A stretch of 64,000 nt of DNA from Microcoleus sp. (GCA_052279835.1 CP181291.1:3680001-3744000), one strand, 5' to 3'; numbered from the stretch's first letter, positions 20,479 to 31,621 are shown. A program made the numbers and translations. The notes: generated from the letters alone by a model not told the origin.

Positions 20479-21492
20479 CTAACTCTTAACCTCCACACCA
20501 CCAAAAATTTCGCCCGCAGCCAATCGAGTTCCATTAGCAAAATCCACCCCAGACTGCACTTTTTTACCAGCTAACTGCACCTCCCGCAATAATAATAAAC
20601 CATTGCCAGTTTGGACGATCGCCCCTAAGCCCTTCACAACCTTAACAACTTCCCCATTCTCCCCTGACAACTGGGACAAAACAGGCCATTCCCGTTCCAA
20701 AACCCTCAACTCTGGCGGTAATTGTAGCCAATATTCCGGCCCCACTGGCGCTGTAGCCATCACCTTCAGAGAATTGCCGCGAAAAGTCGTCGTACAATCG
20801 GGGTAAAAACCCCTAACTTGATTGTGAAGCGCGATCGCACTTTTCGACCAATTCAACACAAAATCAACACCCTTAATCATCGGCGCATAAGTCGCTTCTG
20901 CCTCATTTTGAGGAATAGCTTCTATTTTCCCATCCCTCAACTTAACCAAAGTTTCCACCAACAAATCCGCCCCCATTTCTGACAGCCTATCTCCCAAAGA
21001 ATCAGCATTATCCAACAGCGTAATTCCCGCAAAATCCTTCAACAACATCGCCCCAGTATCCATCCCCGCATCCATCAACATCGTAGTAATTCCGGTTTCC
21101 TTTTCCCCGTCATAAAGACAGCGCTGAATCGGTGCCGCGCCGCGATACTTGGGTAAAATTGAACCATGAACGTTGATGCAAGCTATATTAGGAATATCCA
21201 GTATTTCTTGAGACAGAATCTGGCCATAAGCCACGACTACAAACACATCAGCTTCGGCTGCCCGCAGTTTGGCAATTGTGTCGGCATCTTTCTTGATTCG
21301 TGAGGGCTGCAAAACCGGGAGACTGTGATTTAAAGCCGCCATTTTGACTGGTGAAGGCATCAATTGATTGCCTCTTCCCCGGCGTTTATCCGGCTGAGTG
21401 ACAACCGCTACCACCTCGAATTCGGGATGAGTTAGCAGGCTGGATAAAGTAGGAACCGCAAATTCTGGAGTGCCAAAAAAGATAATTTTCAT
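20479..21492 (-). CDS. fmt: Methionyl-tRNA formyltransferase
   Basis: MKIIFFGTPEF, VVTQPD, INVHGSILPKYRGAAPIQ; start corrected to 21492. Confidence 0.96.
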   Translation of the reverse strand: MKIIFFGTPEFAVPTLSSLLTHPEFEVVAVVTQPDKRRGRGNQLMPSPVKMAALNHSLPVLQPSRIKKDADTIAKLRAAEADVFVVVAYGQILSQEILDIPNIACINVHGSILPKYRGAAPIQRCLYDGEKETGITTMLMDAGMDTGAMLLKDFAGITLLDNADSLGDRLSEMGADLLVETLVKLRDGKIEAIPQNEAEATYAPMIKGVDFVLNWSKSAIALHNQVRGFYPDCTTTFRGNSLKVMATAPVGPEYWLQLPPELRVLEREWPVLSQLSGENGEVVKVVKGLGAIVQTGNGLLLLREVQLAGKKVQSGVDFANGTRLAAGEIFGGVEVKS

Positions 21493-21527
21493 ATAAATTT
21501 GTAATTTGTAATTGGTAATTGGTAATG

Positions 21528-21578
21528 GGAGGCAGAGCCTCCGGGTATGTATTCCCAGGCACAGCCTGGGAACAAGAC
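21528..21578. repeat. GAGGCAGAGCCTC...CCCAGGCA(G/C)AGCCTGGGAAC dispersed repeat
   Basis: Matches one arm of the larger inverted element at 51076-51197. Confidence 0.75.
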
Positions 21579-21616
21579 AAAAACTAACAACGAACAATTA
21601 ACAAAAAATAACCAAC

Positions 21617-21682
21617 AAATGACTACTGACTAATGACTACTGACTAATGACTACTGACTACTGACTACTGACTACTGACTAA
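21617..21682. repeat. Heptamer STRR (TGACTAC/TGACTAA)
   Basis: Visible tandem heptamers; other STRRs at 33450, 37610-37652, 38760-38810, 39397-39525 and 63165-63255. Confidence 0.85.
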
Positions 21683-22619
21683 TTGCTACTTCAATGCGGC
21701 GATTGCGCTGCCGATTGGCATCGGAACCATTATCCACCGAAGGGCGACTGTCTCCATAGCCGATCGCCACCCAATGATACTTCTCCCCAAGCACATTAGA
21801 CAAATAGTTCGCCACCGCCTGAGCCCGCGCAAAAGACAAATTGCGATTATCGGCCGCTTCCCCCACATTATCAGTGTGTCCAGAAACCTGCACCGTCGCC
21901 CCCTGGTAATTTCGCAAATCCGCCACCAAATTATCTAAAATCGCATTGGTTCCCACGCGCAAGGAAATACTGCCAGTATCAAACAAAACATCGCTAGGCA
22001 AAGTTACCATCAGCGCATCCCCTGCAAACACGGGATTATCGCTTGGTTGTGCCTCCGTCACAGGCTGTGGAGTTGCAGTCGCGCCAATGGCGGGTAAAGC
22101 CGGAGTAGGAGTTGTGGCTGTTTCCGGTGATGCTAATTCCCGCGACATCAACTGCAACCGCTTTTCCAAGGTTTCCGTCGGGCGACTGCTACCCAATTGA
22201 CTTTCCAAAGCAGCCGTGCGCCCGATGAGGGCGTTTAACTCTCCCTGTAACTGTCTCAAATCTGACTGCAACTTCTGTTTGACGGCGGGATTGAGTTGGG
22301 ACTGGGGGCTCGGCGTAGTGGTTGGTGTTGGTAGCACCGGAATTTGCTTGGCTCGTGGGCGTTTCGCACCGGGGGTTAAATTTTGAGTTAGACGCAGGAA
22401 TCTCTCGGCTAGGGGCATTTCTGTGGCGCTAGATGGGTAAATTTGGGCGATCGACATTCCCAAAACCCAGGCAAAACCGCTGCCGACCCCCAGCAGTAAC
22501 AGTCGAAAAATCAGCGATAGGACAAAAACACCTTTCCCCCGCGACTTGGGGACGCGAGTTGGGGGAATTGAAGGTTTTTGGTTAAAAGATGCCGTCATGG
22601 CTCCTCCCTCTCGGTACAC
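21672..22619 (-). CDS. OmpA/MotB-domain membrane protein
   Basis: TM helix, coiled coil, LPSDVLF, GHTD, LS..RA..V, NRRIE. Confidence 0.88.
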   Translation of the reverse strand: MYREGGAMTASFNQKPSIPPTRVPKSRGKGVFVLSLIFRLLLLGVGSGFAWVLGMSIAQIYPSSATEMPLAERFLRLTQNLTPGAKRPRAKQIPVLPTPTTTPSPQSQLNPAVKQKLQSDLRQLQGELNALIGRTAALESQLGSSRPTETLEKRLQLMSRELASPETATTPTPALPAIGATATPQPVTEAQPSDNPVFAGDALMVTLPSDVLFDTGSISLRVGTNAILDNLVADLRNYQGATVQVSGHTDNVGEAADNRNLSFARAQAVANYLSNVLGEKYHWVAIGYGDSRPSVDNGSDANRQRNRRIEVAISQ

Positions 22620-22832
22620 TTACAATATCAATTTTGATACTATCATTCGATTTTAGGTTTAAGATTTGAGATTTGAGATGAAACATAAACAATCATTCCT
22701 TTGGGGTAGGCATCCTGGGTACTCTTGACAGCTTTTTTGCCAGATGTCTATTTTAGATGTGGGATTTTAAATCTGACGATTTTAGATGTGAAATCTGTTA
22801 GATAATGCAATATAACTTTTGGAAAAAACTCC

Positions 22833-23504
22833 ATGAACGACCCTTTAAATAGCCCTTATCCCGTTCCTTGGGAATGGATCACCACTACTCATGCTAAGGT
22901 TAGCTCGACTATGGGTTCTGGAGTCCGCTACTATCGCAGTCCTTCTCTAGTTTCGGTTAATGGTGAATACGCCGCTTACAGTCGCATTGAGTTACAAGTG
23001 CAGCCGGAATTATTCCAGTGTCGAGTTAGTAGTGTCATGTTTGTGGAAAATCTGAAAACGGGGGAACTGCAAACCGTGGCTGCTGCTTCGCCATTGGCTG
23101 AAAGCGGGTTTTACGCTACTGACGAAACTGATATGTCTGGGACGATCGCCATTTTAGTACCAGTTGGTTGGAATCAAACAGGTTCCCGCCTCCTCGCCCG
23201 CGAATTTGAAGCCATTTTCTGTTCTTCGGATATGTCTGACTACGCTGTCATCTGGGACAAAAATGATAATTACACCTATACTGTTGCTCCCGCTCGCAGT
23301 CTTTACACTCATGCTGTATTGTTGGGTTGGAGTCAAGTTTGTCCTGGACAAGTTTTGTTCCGCGCTGGCAATTTGGGGGAGGGAACTTGGCCTCTTTGTG
23401 CCGTTGATACGACCGGCCAAACCGTAGCTGTCAGCAACGATCAAGCCCTAGTTTTCGGCACTCAAAGCAGCACGGACTGGACGGAACCTAAAACTCGTTT
23501 TTAG
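22833..23504 (+). CDS. Conserved cyanobacterial hypothetical protein
   Basis: DPLNSPYPVPW.WI, YYRSPSL.S..G.YAAYSR; long clean ORF. Confidence 0.7.
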   Translation: MNDPLNSPYPVPWEWITTTHAKVSSTMGSGVRYYRSPSLVSVNGEYAAYSRIELQVQPELFQCRVSSVMFVENLKTGELQTVAAASPLAESGFYATDETDMSGTIAILVPVGWNQTGSRLLAREFEAIFCSSDMSDYAVIWDKNDNYTYTVAPARSLYTHAVLLGWSQVCPGQVLFRAGNLGEGTWPLCAVDTTGQTVAVSNDQALVFGTQSSTDWTEPKTRF

Positions 23505-23514
23505 ATATTATTTT

Positions 23515-25527
23515 ATGACAGTATCTGTTGTTGCATGGCCCCAGAATATTCTTCTTTCAGGTCAATTTTTAGACAAATTAGTTGTTGGCATTGGCTTGAT
23601 AATTTTGACTGTAATTTGTTCATTAACCACTTTTATTTTTCTGATGATTTTCATCAAGTGGTTGCAGGCTAGTGTCCCAAAATACAGACAAAATTTCAGG
23701 TGGCAATTACGACAAAATATCAGCCATGACCGGCTTCATGTATTTGAGGAAAACAGCAATGTTCCGTCGCCATTGCAACCTGGGGAAACTCTCTACAAAA
23801 ATTCCCGAGCAATAGCTCATTTATATCACCCCATTGCTCTTTGGTACGGACGTTTAATCTTGCCCTCAAAGGAACAACGGGAACTCTACGGTTCGGTGTT
23901 TTTTGAAGTATTTAACGCACCGAAAAAACATCAAAAATTTGTCGGTAAAATAGTTAATTTAAAATGGAGTACAAATCGCGAAGTTCAATTTTTTGTCCAC
24001 GCTGTAACCCAAGATATTAACTTCACCAAAGATGCGGAAGATAGTAAAAAAGCGGGCAACATCCATCCAGATAGATTGAACGGATTAGCCAATGTCGGCC
24101 CTTTAGAAACTCTGGCAGGTAGTAGACTAGAAGACAATGTGACAGTGATGCTGCGACGTCCAGCGATCGCCATACATTATAGCAGCAGCGATCGCTATGA
24201 AATCAGTATCGAGCGCGAACCAGTACAAATTATCGGACGTTGGTGCGCCCTCGTCTCAATTATCCAGCGAAAAAAACCCAACAGTGACAAGTTTATTGTC
24301 CGTCACTTTAACAAAAAATCTCAACAGTTTGATGGCCCTGCCGAAATCATTCGGATTCCCCAAGTCAAGCCAGACAAAAATGGCGTAGCGAGGTCTACAA
24401 ATCACCTGATAGAAAAATCCCCATTAAATCCAGAAGGGTGGTACATTTACGGGGAAAAAGGTCCCGACAATATTTTTGTTGTCCAAGCAATCGAACCCCG
24501 AAAAATCACCAAACTAATCCCCGATGAAACACATTGGGGACTGCCACAATCCCTGGCTTATTTAAACAGCAAAAATTGGCAAAATACACGCCAGCAAAAA
24601 GGACAAGCCAAGATAGTATTGTTATCGTCGTCAAACGAAGCAGAAAACTATCGTACTTCCCCTTGGGAAGAAGGAGATATGGGTATCGTGATTCATTGTT
24701 TCGGCGGTATCGGTGGCAAAAAAGCCGAATTCGCCCCCCTGGGAATTGTCACGGGACATTTTGCTTTTGGGATAGCAAAAGTTGTGCGCGATCGATTTAC
24801 CGATGAATTACGTTTTGATATTGAATACAAACAAGTGTACGCCCACAATCCCGACGGAATTATCGCCGGTGCGAACAAATGGCAAAGTTATATGGGAGAC
24901 TTGGCAAGAGGTTGGTTGGGCGATCGCCCAGTTTGCGATATCATTTGTAAATTAGATTGCGTGTGTCTTGACTACCATTTCGACAGCATCCAATTGTCAC
25001 CTTTAGACGAATTAAACCAGCAATTAGATATCATGATGGCGCGTTATCGCAGCGGAGACGGTACTGGGGCGAGTTTAGTCACTCCTGCAACTTCCTGCGT
25101 GCAAGATTCCAGTCAAGCAATTTACGCTACCATCAAAAAAATCACTGCCGAAGTTGAATCAAATCCTCAGATTCAAGACTGGCTAAAAACCCATCCCACC
25201 GACGCACAAACTCAAAGATTTGAGGAATTAGTAGCTTTAGGCAAAAGTTTAGAAAAAATCTTAATTCCCCTGGGCATTGTTCGTCCTGATTGGCGCAAAA
25301 ACGCTAGATTAGTGGGGATTCGTGCTCACCATAAAAAAACTCACTTCAGGAGTATAACTAATCCACTAAAAGCTGCGATTAGTTACCGAACCATGTTACC
25401 CAGACGCACCCAAGATGAACTTGCCAAAATATTATTAAAACAAGCATCATTCCTGTGGATAATTAGGACAAATCAAGTCGGTGGCTTTGATGCTAATATT
25501 GAGCCTGTTCCACCGACAAGGATTTAA
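23515..25527 (+). CDS. Membrane-anchored hypothetical protein, resembling the large soluble region of cyanobacterial CAAX/Abi-associated proteins
   Basis: N-terminal TM; HCFGGIGG, YAHNPDGI, RGWLG.RP, RYR.GDGTG, SCVQDS motifs. Confidence 0.55.
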   Translation: MTVSVVAWPQNILLSGQFLDKLVVGIGLIILTVICSLTTFIFLMIFIKWLQASVPKYRQNFRWQLRQNISHDRLHVFEENSNVPSPLQPGETLYKNSRAIAHLYHPIALWYGRLILPSKEQRELYGSVFFEVFNAPKKHQKFVGKIVNLKWSTNREVQFFVHAVTQDINFTKDAEDSKKAGNIHPDRLNGLANVGPLETLAGSRLEDNVTVMLRRPAIAIHYSSSDRYEISIEREPVQIIGRWCALVSIIQRKKPNSDKFIVRHFNKKSQQFDGPAEIIRIPQVKPDKNGVARSTNHLIEKSPLNPEGWYIYGEKGPDNIFVVQAIEPRKITKLIPDETHWGLPQSLAYLNSKNWQNTRQQKGQAKIVLLSSSNEAENYRTSPWEEGDMGIVIHCFGGIGGKKAEFAPLGIVTGHFAFGIAKVVRDRFTDELRFDIEYKQVYAHNPDGIIAGANKWQSYMGDLARGWLGDRPVCDIICKLDCVCLDYHFDSIQLSPLDELNQQLDIMMARYRSGDGTGASLVTPATSCVQDSSQAIYATIKKITAEVESNPQIQDWLKTHPTDAQTQRFEELVALGKSLEKILIPLGIVRPDWRKNARLVGIRAHHKKTHFRSITNPLKAAISYRTMLPRRTQDELAKILLKQASFLWIIRTNQVGGFDANIEPVPPTRI

Positions 25528-25552
25528 ATATCTTAGATTACAAAAAGTCTAT

Positions 25553-26902
25553 TTAAAATTTTTTTACCCAATCTTCGCCGATGCGAACTGTCAAGTCCGA
25601 ATCGATTTCACCAGTAGAAGCTGCCTCAATTTTACCATCGCCTAATGCTTTTTGAAGCATATTTGCTGCCTCTAAATCACCTTGCTGGACAATAATTTGG
25701 CTTTGAAGCTGCTTGTCGGGCCAATCCGGGACTACCGATACATTAGAAAAGCCTTTTTTTCGGAGAAATGCTGCCACATTTTTAGCTGTTTTGGGTTGAC
25801 TATTCGCGTTTTGGATAGCAATTTTGAGGTTGGTTGGTATAGCAGAATTGCCAGGATTGCGAAATCGTCCTTGGGTGAAATCCGATGTGCCTTGCTTGAA
25901 ATATTGTGTCATAATGCGATCGCGCCCCGTCTTATCTAAAATCCAATAACTCCTAGAATCCCCTTCTGCTGAACTAGAACGCCCTGGCAACATCACCATT
26001 TTAAAATTATCTGGTTCTAATTGCCAACTAAAATTAGCCAGGGTCAATATTTCCTGAAAGTTTAAATTAGTATGGACATATTTTTGCATGACTCGAATAA
26101 TTTGTGGTATCTGGGGTAATACCGATGGACTTCCGAGGCGATTTCGCATCGCTTGAATCAAAGATTGCTGGCGTCCAATGCGGCCGATATCTCCCAAACC
26201 GTCCTGGCGAAATCGAGCAAATTGCTCTGCTTGTTCTCCGTTGAGAGTTTGCCAGCCCTGTGCTAATTTGATGGTTAACTTTTGACTATTATCTTGATAG
26301 GACATGGTGTGAGGTACAAATACTTCAACAGGTCCCAATAAATCGACTAATTCCCGCAAGGCACTGGTGTTAACTCGCAGGTATCTATCAATAGTAATAT
26401 TGTTCAGCATACTGCTAATTAATCGTAAGGCTAAGGCTGAACCTCCTTTAGCATTGGCTTCGTTAATTTTGCTGAAGCTAATTCCGGGGACTTCGATTTT
26501 TGTATCTCGCGGAATCGAAAGTAAATTAATAGATTTATCTCTAGGATCGATGCGGACTAGGAGTATTGTATCGCTGCGCCCGTCAAAGTTTTTCGGGGAG
26601 TTTACCGAAGTTTTGGGTAGGCCGTCAACACCCATGATTAAGATATTAATGGGCCGTGAGAGTCGATCGCCCGCAGCAGAGGAGGAGATATCGTTAAACC
26701 CGGTAGCCTCTAGGACTTTACTCATTATTTGCGGTTCCACCGGGGCTAAGAGTGCGCTAATTGCCGCGATCGCTGCGGAGACTGCTGCTAGGATCGACAG
26801 CGCAAATACCCCAAATAGATACAGGGTGTGTTTGGGCTTGTTTCGAGATACGCGATCGACTGGTTTAAATAAGTTTCTTGTAAACATCGACAAGTTTTTC
26901 AT
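25553..26902 (-). CDS. LCP (LytR-CpsA-Psr) family protein with LytR_C domain
   Basis: NILIMGVD, RSDTI, SIPRDT, KIN.A, RFR..GDIGR..RQQ. Confidence 0.92.
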   Translation of the reverse strand: MKNLSMFTRNLFKPVDRVSRNKPKHTLYLFGVFALSILAAVSAAIAAISALLAPVEPQIMSKVLEATGFNDISSSAAGDRLSRPINILIMGVDGLPKTSVNSPKNFDGRSDTILLVRIDPRDKSINLLSIPRDTKIEVPGISFSKINEANAKGGSALALRLISSMLNNITIDRYLRVNTSALRELVDLLGPVEVFVPHTMSYQDNSQKLTIKLAQGWQTLNGEQAEQFARFRQDGLGDIGRIGRQQSLIQAMRNRLGSPSVLPQIPQIIRVMQKYVHTNLNFQEILTLANFSWQLEPDNFKMVMLPGRSSSAEGDSRSYWILDKTGRDRIMTQYFKQGTSDFTQGRFRNPGNSAIPTNLKIAIQNANSQPKTAKNVAAFLRKKGFSNVSVVPDWPDKQLQSQIIVQQGDLEAANMLQKALGDGKIEAASTGEIDSDLTVRIGEDWVKKF

Positions 26903-27150
26903 TGACTTGTTTTTAAATTATGGTATTTTTTCAGCTTTGCAGTATAATTTCGGCGGTGCTTTGGTAAAATATTTGAACAAAGCTGGACAAAGCCACCCTT
27001 CCATATTTTTCGATTCCCACCGATACCAGTTGCCGCCGTATTCTTCTCTTAACAACAACATTTCTGCTTGATATCCGGGAAAATGATTCATACATTATAT
27101 TATGCTGCCTGCTACAATCGTGGTGAAATCTTTCCCAACCTGACAATTTT

Positions 27151-27723
27151 ATGGTTGTAAGCAAAAGTTGCACTTACGTCTCTCCCGAAGATTATTTAGC
27201 AAGCGAGAAAATCAGCCCAGTCAAACACGAGTATAGACAAGGTGAAATCTACGCAATGGCAGGAGCAAGCAAAGCTCATGTGATTATTACGGGAAATATA
27301 GGAACATTACTGAGAAATCATCTTCGGGGTACTGGCTGCATACCTTACATTGCAGATATGAAAGTTATGCTCAATACATCAAGTTTTTATTATTATTCTG
27401 ATGTAGCGGTGAGTTGTGATGAACGGGATAAAAATGCTGCGGAAGATTTCCTTTGCTATCCGCGCCTAATTGTCGAAGTTCTGTCGCCGACAACAGCGGC
27501 TTTTGACAGAGGTGAAAAGTTTGCTGATTACCGCGCTTGTGAAAGTTTACAAGAATATGTGTTAATTAATCAAAAAAAAGTTGGTGTAGATTGTTTCCGC
27601 CGGAATCCAGAGGGTTTGTGGGTGCTTTATCCTTACACTCAAGGGCAAGAAGTTGAGTTAAAGAGTGTTAATTTTAAATGTGCGATCGCCTCAATATATG
27701 AAGACGTCATAGGACTTGGTTGA
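27151..27723 (+). CDS. Uma2 (DUF820) endonuclease family
   Basis: KHEY..GEIYAMAG, VEVLSP.T..FDRG.KF..Y. Confidence 0.92.
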   Translation: MVVSKSCTYVSPEDYLASEKISPVKHEYRQGEIYAMAGASKAHVIITGNIGTLLRNHLRGTGCIPYIADMKVMLNTSSFYYYSDVAVSCDERDKNAAEDFLCYPRLIVEVLSPTTAAFDRGEKFADYRACESLQEYVLINQKKVGVDCFRRNPEGLWVLYPYTQGQEVELKSVNFKCAIASIYEDVIGLG

Positions 27724-27736
27724 TTTTAACTAATTG

Positions 27737-27922
27737 CTATTTTTTTTTCCTAGCTTTCCAAGTGCCACCATAGGCGTACAAAGGATTATTTTTACTTAGG
27801 GATTCCCAACACTTAAGACATACAAAAAACCACAGCCCCGATTCATCATACCGCACACGGTAGAGAATCGGGGCTGCTAGGAAACAACGATCGCAATTTT
27901 TCATCCTAATTGCTCTAGCCAT
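27737..27922 (-). CDS. Small Cys-containing conserved hypothetical protein
   Basis: CxxC...W.F.C..CW......P.Y.YGGTWKA. Confidence 0.65.
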   Translation of the reverse strand: MARAIRMKNCDRCFLAAPILYRVRYDESGLWFFVCLKCWESLSKNNPLYAYGGTWKARKKK

Positions 27923-27933
27923 GTCAATTTATG

Positions 27934-29016
27934 TTAAGCAATAACCGACTCTTGAGGGCGGGCAAAAATCATTCTGCCTGCGGTTGTTTGCAGGGCACTG
28001 GTAACAACAACTCTAGCTTCAGCACCAACGTAGCTGCTACCAGCTTCCACGACAACCATTGTGCCGTCATCCAAGTAGCCAATTCCTTGAGAAGGTTCTT
28101 TCCCTTCTTTGCGGATTTTGAGATCGATGGTGTCTCCTGGTAAATAAGTCGGACGGACTGCATGAGTCAAATCATTAATATTCAAAACAGGCAGTTTTTG
28201 AACCGTAGCTACTTTCGACAAATTGTAATCGTTGGTGAGCAAAATGCCGTCGATATCTAAAGCAAAACGGACTAATTTGGCATCGACTGTGGCAATATCT
28301 TCGTAGTCAGCCGAGTGAATTTGAATCCGTTCTGGATAAGTTTCTTTGATGCGGTTGAGAATATCTAAGCCGCGTCTACCTCGTACTCGTTTTTGGTCGT
28401 TGGCGGAATCAGCTATTACTTGCAATTCTTGAAGAACGAATTGGGGGATGATAATTTGACCTTCGAGAAAGCCGGTTTCTAGTAGATTTTCAATTCGACC
28501 GTCAATAATGCAGCTTGTATCGACAACTTTGGCACTGGCTGGTTTAAAAGTACCCTCAGCCATTAACACTGTGGCGTCTAAGCTTTTGGGGTTGATCAGT
28601 CGCAGAAAAGCGCGGCCGTGGGTGTCGGTTAAGCTGACTCCTGTAAAGCCGAACATGACGCTACCCAATACTGCGACTAGAGGTTTGATGAAGCCAAACT
28701 CGCGGGGAATTGGTAGCAGGAACAGGGGGGCTAGCATTAAGTTGGCTACTAGGAGTCCGATGATTAAGCCGATCGCCCGTGTCAGCAGCATTTCCACCGG
28801 CATATCGCGAAATTGCTTTTCTACCCGTCGGTAGGTAGTTTGAGCCACTAATCCTAGCACGAAGCCGATTAATGCCCCAAAGGCTCCTAGTACGGAACTT
28901 AAACCTTGTATATTTGTAACTTGTTCCAGCAAGTTAGTGGGTAGGAGCTCGACTCCGTAAAAGCCGATGCCTCCCCCTGCGATTATGAATGAGATAATTA
29001 TGATTGCGTCTAGCAT
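27934..29016 (-). CDS. PIN/TRAM domain membrane protein (YacL-like)
   Basis: Four TMs, DTSCIIDGRI, RGRRGLDIL, TNDYNL, GYLDDGTMVVVE. Confidence 0.92.
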   Translation of the reverse strand: MLDAIIIISFIIAGGGIGFYGVELLPTNLLEQVTNIQGLSSVLGAFGALIGFVLGLVAQTTYRRVEKQFRDMPVEMLLTRAIGLIIGLLVANLMLAPLFLLPIPREFGFIKPLVAVLGSVMFGFTGVSLTDTHGRAFLRLINPKSLDATVLMAEGTFKPASAKVVDTSCIIDGRIENLLETGFLEGQIIIPQFVLQELQVIADSANDQKRVRGRRGLDILNRIKETYPERIQIHSADYEDIATVDAKLVRFALDIDGILLTNDYNLSKVATVQKLPVLNINDLTHAVRPTYLPGDTIDLKIRKEGKEPSQGIGYLDDGTMVVVEAGSSYVGAEARVVVTSALQTTAGRMIFARPQESVIA

Positions 29017-29389
29017 TGTTCGAGGTTAATGAATTTGTTTACATTATATCTTTCCCGTGCCGATAGTTTTTTCTGGCTGACGGACGGATATCGCTCTATT
29101 TACTGATTAATTTTCATAAACTTATTTTTCGTGGTTGTCACTTTTGGGGGAGTTGCGATCGCCCTGTAGGCCATGAGTCGCCGGCGATCGCATCTACCAA
29201 ATTCCTCGATGGGGGCAGATGTGGCGGTAGCTTCGGGAATTACTGCTACTCAAAATAGTTTGTGCTTAAACTGAAATAGGCGATCGCCCCCTTCTCATTC
29301 AGTTAACAAACTGTCATAAAATACATAATTATTATTGACAATTTAATTAAAAGTTAAGATGAGAAATAGTAATTTTTAGGTGAGATTGA

Positions 29390-30715
29390 ATGAAATTTAC
29401 CACAGATTATTTAACATTTGAACGGGACAAAGGGGCGCAAAGGGCAAATTATGGGATTCCCAGTTCGGCTTACCTGCACATACCTTTTTGTCGCCGCCGC
29501 TGTTATTACTGCGATTTTCCGGTGTTTGTAGTGGGCGATCGCAAAAATGGCGATAATTCCGGCACAATCGTGCAATACGTAGAGGTACTATGTCAAGAAA
29601 TTCAGAAAACGCCAAATAAAGGGTCATCCCTGAACACAGTTTTTTTTGGTGGCGGTACACCTTCGCTGCTGTCAGTGAGACAATTAACCACTATTTTAGA
29701 AACTCTCGACAGCAAATTTGGGATTGCTGCTGAGGCGGAAATTTCTATAGAAATAGACCCAGGTACCTTTACTTTAGAACAGTTGCGGGGATATGTAGCA
29801 GCGGGAGTTAATCGAGTTAGTTTGGGTTCCCAAGCTTTTCAGGATGAATTGTTGCAAGCTTGCGGGCGATCGCACTCTGTCGCTGATATTTTTGCCTCAG
29901 TAGAAATAATTCGAGCCGCGGGTATAGTCAATTTCAGTTTAGACCTGATATCGGGACTGCCGCACCAAACGGCTTCTGAGTGGGAAACTTCCCTGAGATC
30001 CGCCGTAGCAATTTCCCCCACTCACCTGTCGAGTTACGACTTAATTATTGAGCCCGTCACAGCTTTCGGCCGCTATTTTCAAGCAGGGGAACAACCCTTG
30101 CCTGCGGATGAAACCGCTGCTCAAATGTACCGTTTAGCGCGAGAAATTCTCACCGGTTCTGGATACGAACATTACGAGATTTCCAATTATGCTCGACCTG
30201 GTTATCAGTGTCGCCACAACCGCGTTTATTGGGAAAATCGCCCTTATTACGGTTTGGGAATGGGGGCTGCGAGTTATGTGGATGGAGTGCGATGGACGAG
30301 ACCTCGCAAAACTCAAGAATATTATGAATGGGTGCGATCGATTTCTCCGATCGATTCCCAGGATGATGGTGACTCGACCATTAAGCAAAATTTGTCCATG
30401 TCAGAAAATGAAGTTTTGTTAGAAACCTTAATGCTGGGTTTGCGTTTAGCAGAAGGGCTGAGTTTGTCAGATTTAGCTGATAAGTTCGGTCAAAAAACGG
30501 TTGAGAAAATTTGGCAGTCTTTGCAACCTTACTCGCGGCAAGGGTGGGTGGAAATTGTGGCTTCTGACGGGGCGATTCCCGACGCGATAGCTTCGGTTCA
30601 CACAACTTTAAATCAGGGCGAACTGCTACGGCTGTCCGGGAATTTGAGGTTAAGCGATCCGGAAGGTTTTTTATTTTCCAATACTATTTTGGCTACTTTA
30701 TTTAACAAGTTATAG
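29390..30715 (+). CDS. hemW: Radical SAM heme chaperone HemW
   Basis: YLHIPFCRRRCYYCDF, FGGGTPS, HYEISNYA, HN..YW. Confidence 0.88.
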   Translation: MKFTTDYLTFERDKGAQRANYGIPSSAYLHIPFCRRRCYYCDFPVFVVGDRKNGDNSGTIVQYVEVLCQEIQKTPNKGSSLNTVFFGGGTPSLLSVRQLTTILETLDSKFGIAAEAEISIEIDPGTFTLEQLRGYVAAGVNRVSLGSQAFQDELLQACGRSHSVADIFASVEIIRAAGIVNFSLDLISGLPHQTASEWETSLRSAVAISPTHLSSYDLIIEPVTAFGRYFQAGEQPLPADETAAQMYRLAREILTGSGYEHYEISNYARPGYQCRHNRVYWENRPYYGLGMGAASYVDGVRWTRPRKTQEYYEWVRSISPIDSQDDGDSTIKQNLSMSENEVLLETLMLGLRLAEGLSLSDLADKFGQKTVEKIWQSLQPYSRQGWVEIVASDGAIPDAIASVHTTLNQGELLRLSGNLRLSDPEGFLFSNTILATLFNKL

Positions 30716-30985
30716 GAAAATATAACCCTTCTCCGATCGGGCGCTCAGGGACAGAGCGCCTAAGTCCTAGAACCTAGGGAATTGTACGGGAGCTAGCCGA
30801 AGTATAGGGCATTAGTCATTGCTGTCGATCCGCCGATTAAATCGATCCCTATGCTTTTAATCTAAAAAAGGAAGTTGTTTAGATAGCTCCCTGACCCAGA
30901 ATAAATAATAAGTAAGCCTTAAGATAGACGCAGGGTATTAAATTGTGCTGTCATACTTGAAAGTAATGATTTAAAAAGTAATTTA

Positions 30986-31198
30986 ATGAGCACTCTACTT
31001 CTAGACCGCCAGAAAATTGTAAACAAGCCCAACATTGTAACGGCGGAACGCGATTGCCATTCTATTTCTAAATGTACTTTTTGCCATCACTATCAAATGC
31101 AAACAGGTTCCTTTGGTCAGTGCCAATTGTTGAGCGCACCTGTTATGGGTGCATGGGAATCTTGTTCTTTAGGTACGCCTGTCTTTGCACAAGCTTGA
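30986..31198 (+). CDS. Small Cys-rich hypothetical protein
   Basis: CxxCxxY...GxC..L..PV.G.W..C. Confidence 0.6.
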   Translation: MSTLLLDRQKIVNKPNIVTAERDCHSISKCTFCHHYQMQTGSFGQCQLLSAPVMGAWESCSLGTPVFAQA

Positions 31199-31348
31199 GA
31201 ATAAATTAAGAAGTTTAAAGACAAATTAAACCGTTGAAATACCTAGGGAAATAACATAATTATTGCCATTTAAAAAAAATTGTGTTAGTTTGGTAAGAGT
31301 CAACTTTTTGATTAAATCACCTCCTGACAAAAACAGCAACTTAAGAAC

Positions 31349-31621
31349 ATGAATTTAACAATTAACTCCGTAAATTCCGATCCCTCTGTAAAGATTTTGT
31401 GTTGGTATATCAATACTACTAACAAGATTCAAATTGCTCGGATTACCAATATTCCTGATTGGTATTTTGAGCGCACGGTATTTCCGGGAGAACGTTTGTT
31501 GTTTGAAGCACCACAGCACGCTGAGTTGGAAGTTTCCCGGAGTACGGAGAGTGGTGCAATTGTGTGCGATCGCATTGCGTGCGATCGACTACAGGTAGAA
31601 GAAGTAAGTACACTTGATTAA
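31349..31621 (+). CDS. DUF1830 protein
   Basis: ILC.Y.N.T..IQIARI.NIP.WYFER.VFPG.RL.FEAP. Confidence 0.88.
   Translation: MNLTINSVNSDPSVKILCWYINTTNKIQIARITNIPDWYFERTVFPGERLLFEAPQHAELEVSRSTESGAIVCDRIACDRLQVEEVSTLD

Noticed and set aside
21493..21597. N-terminal extension of fmt in the ORF track
   Set aside because: Derived from a MITE arm and STRR heptamers; the conserved start is MKIIFFG.
26367..27071. 234-aa plus-strand ORF
   Set aside because: Antisense shadow of the LCP gene with no recognisable motif; the same applies to most short overlapping ORFs.
30720..30980. Possible structured ncRNA or riboswitch after hemW
   Set aside because: Small hairpins are present but match no family I can recognise; an Rfam/Infernal search is needed.
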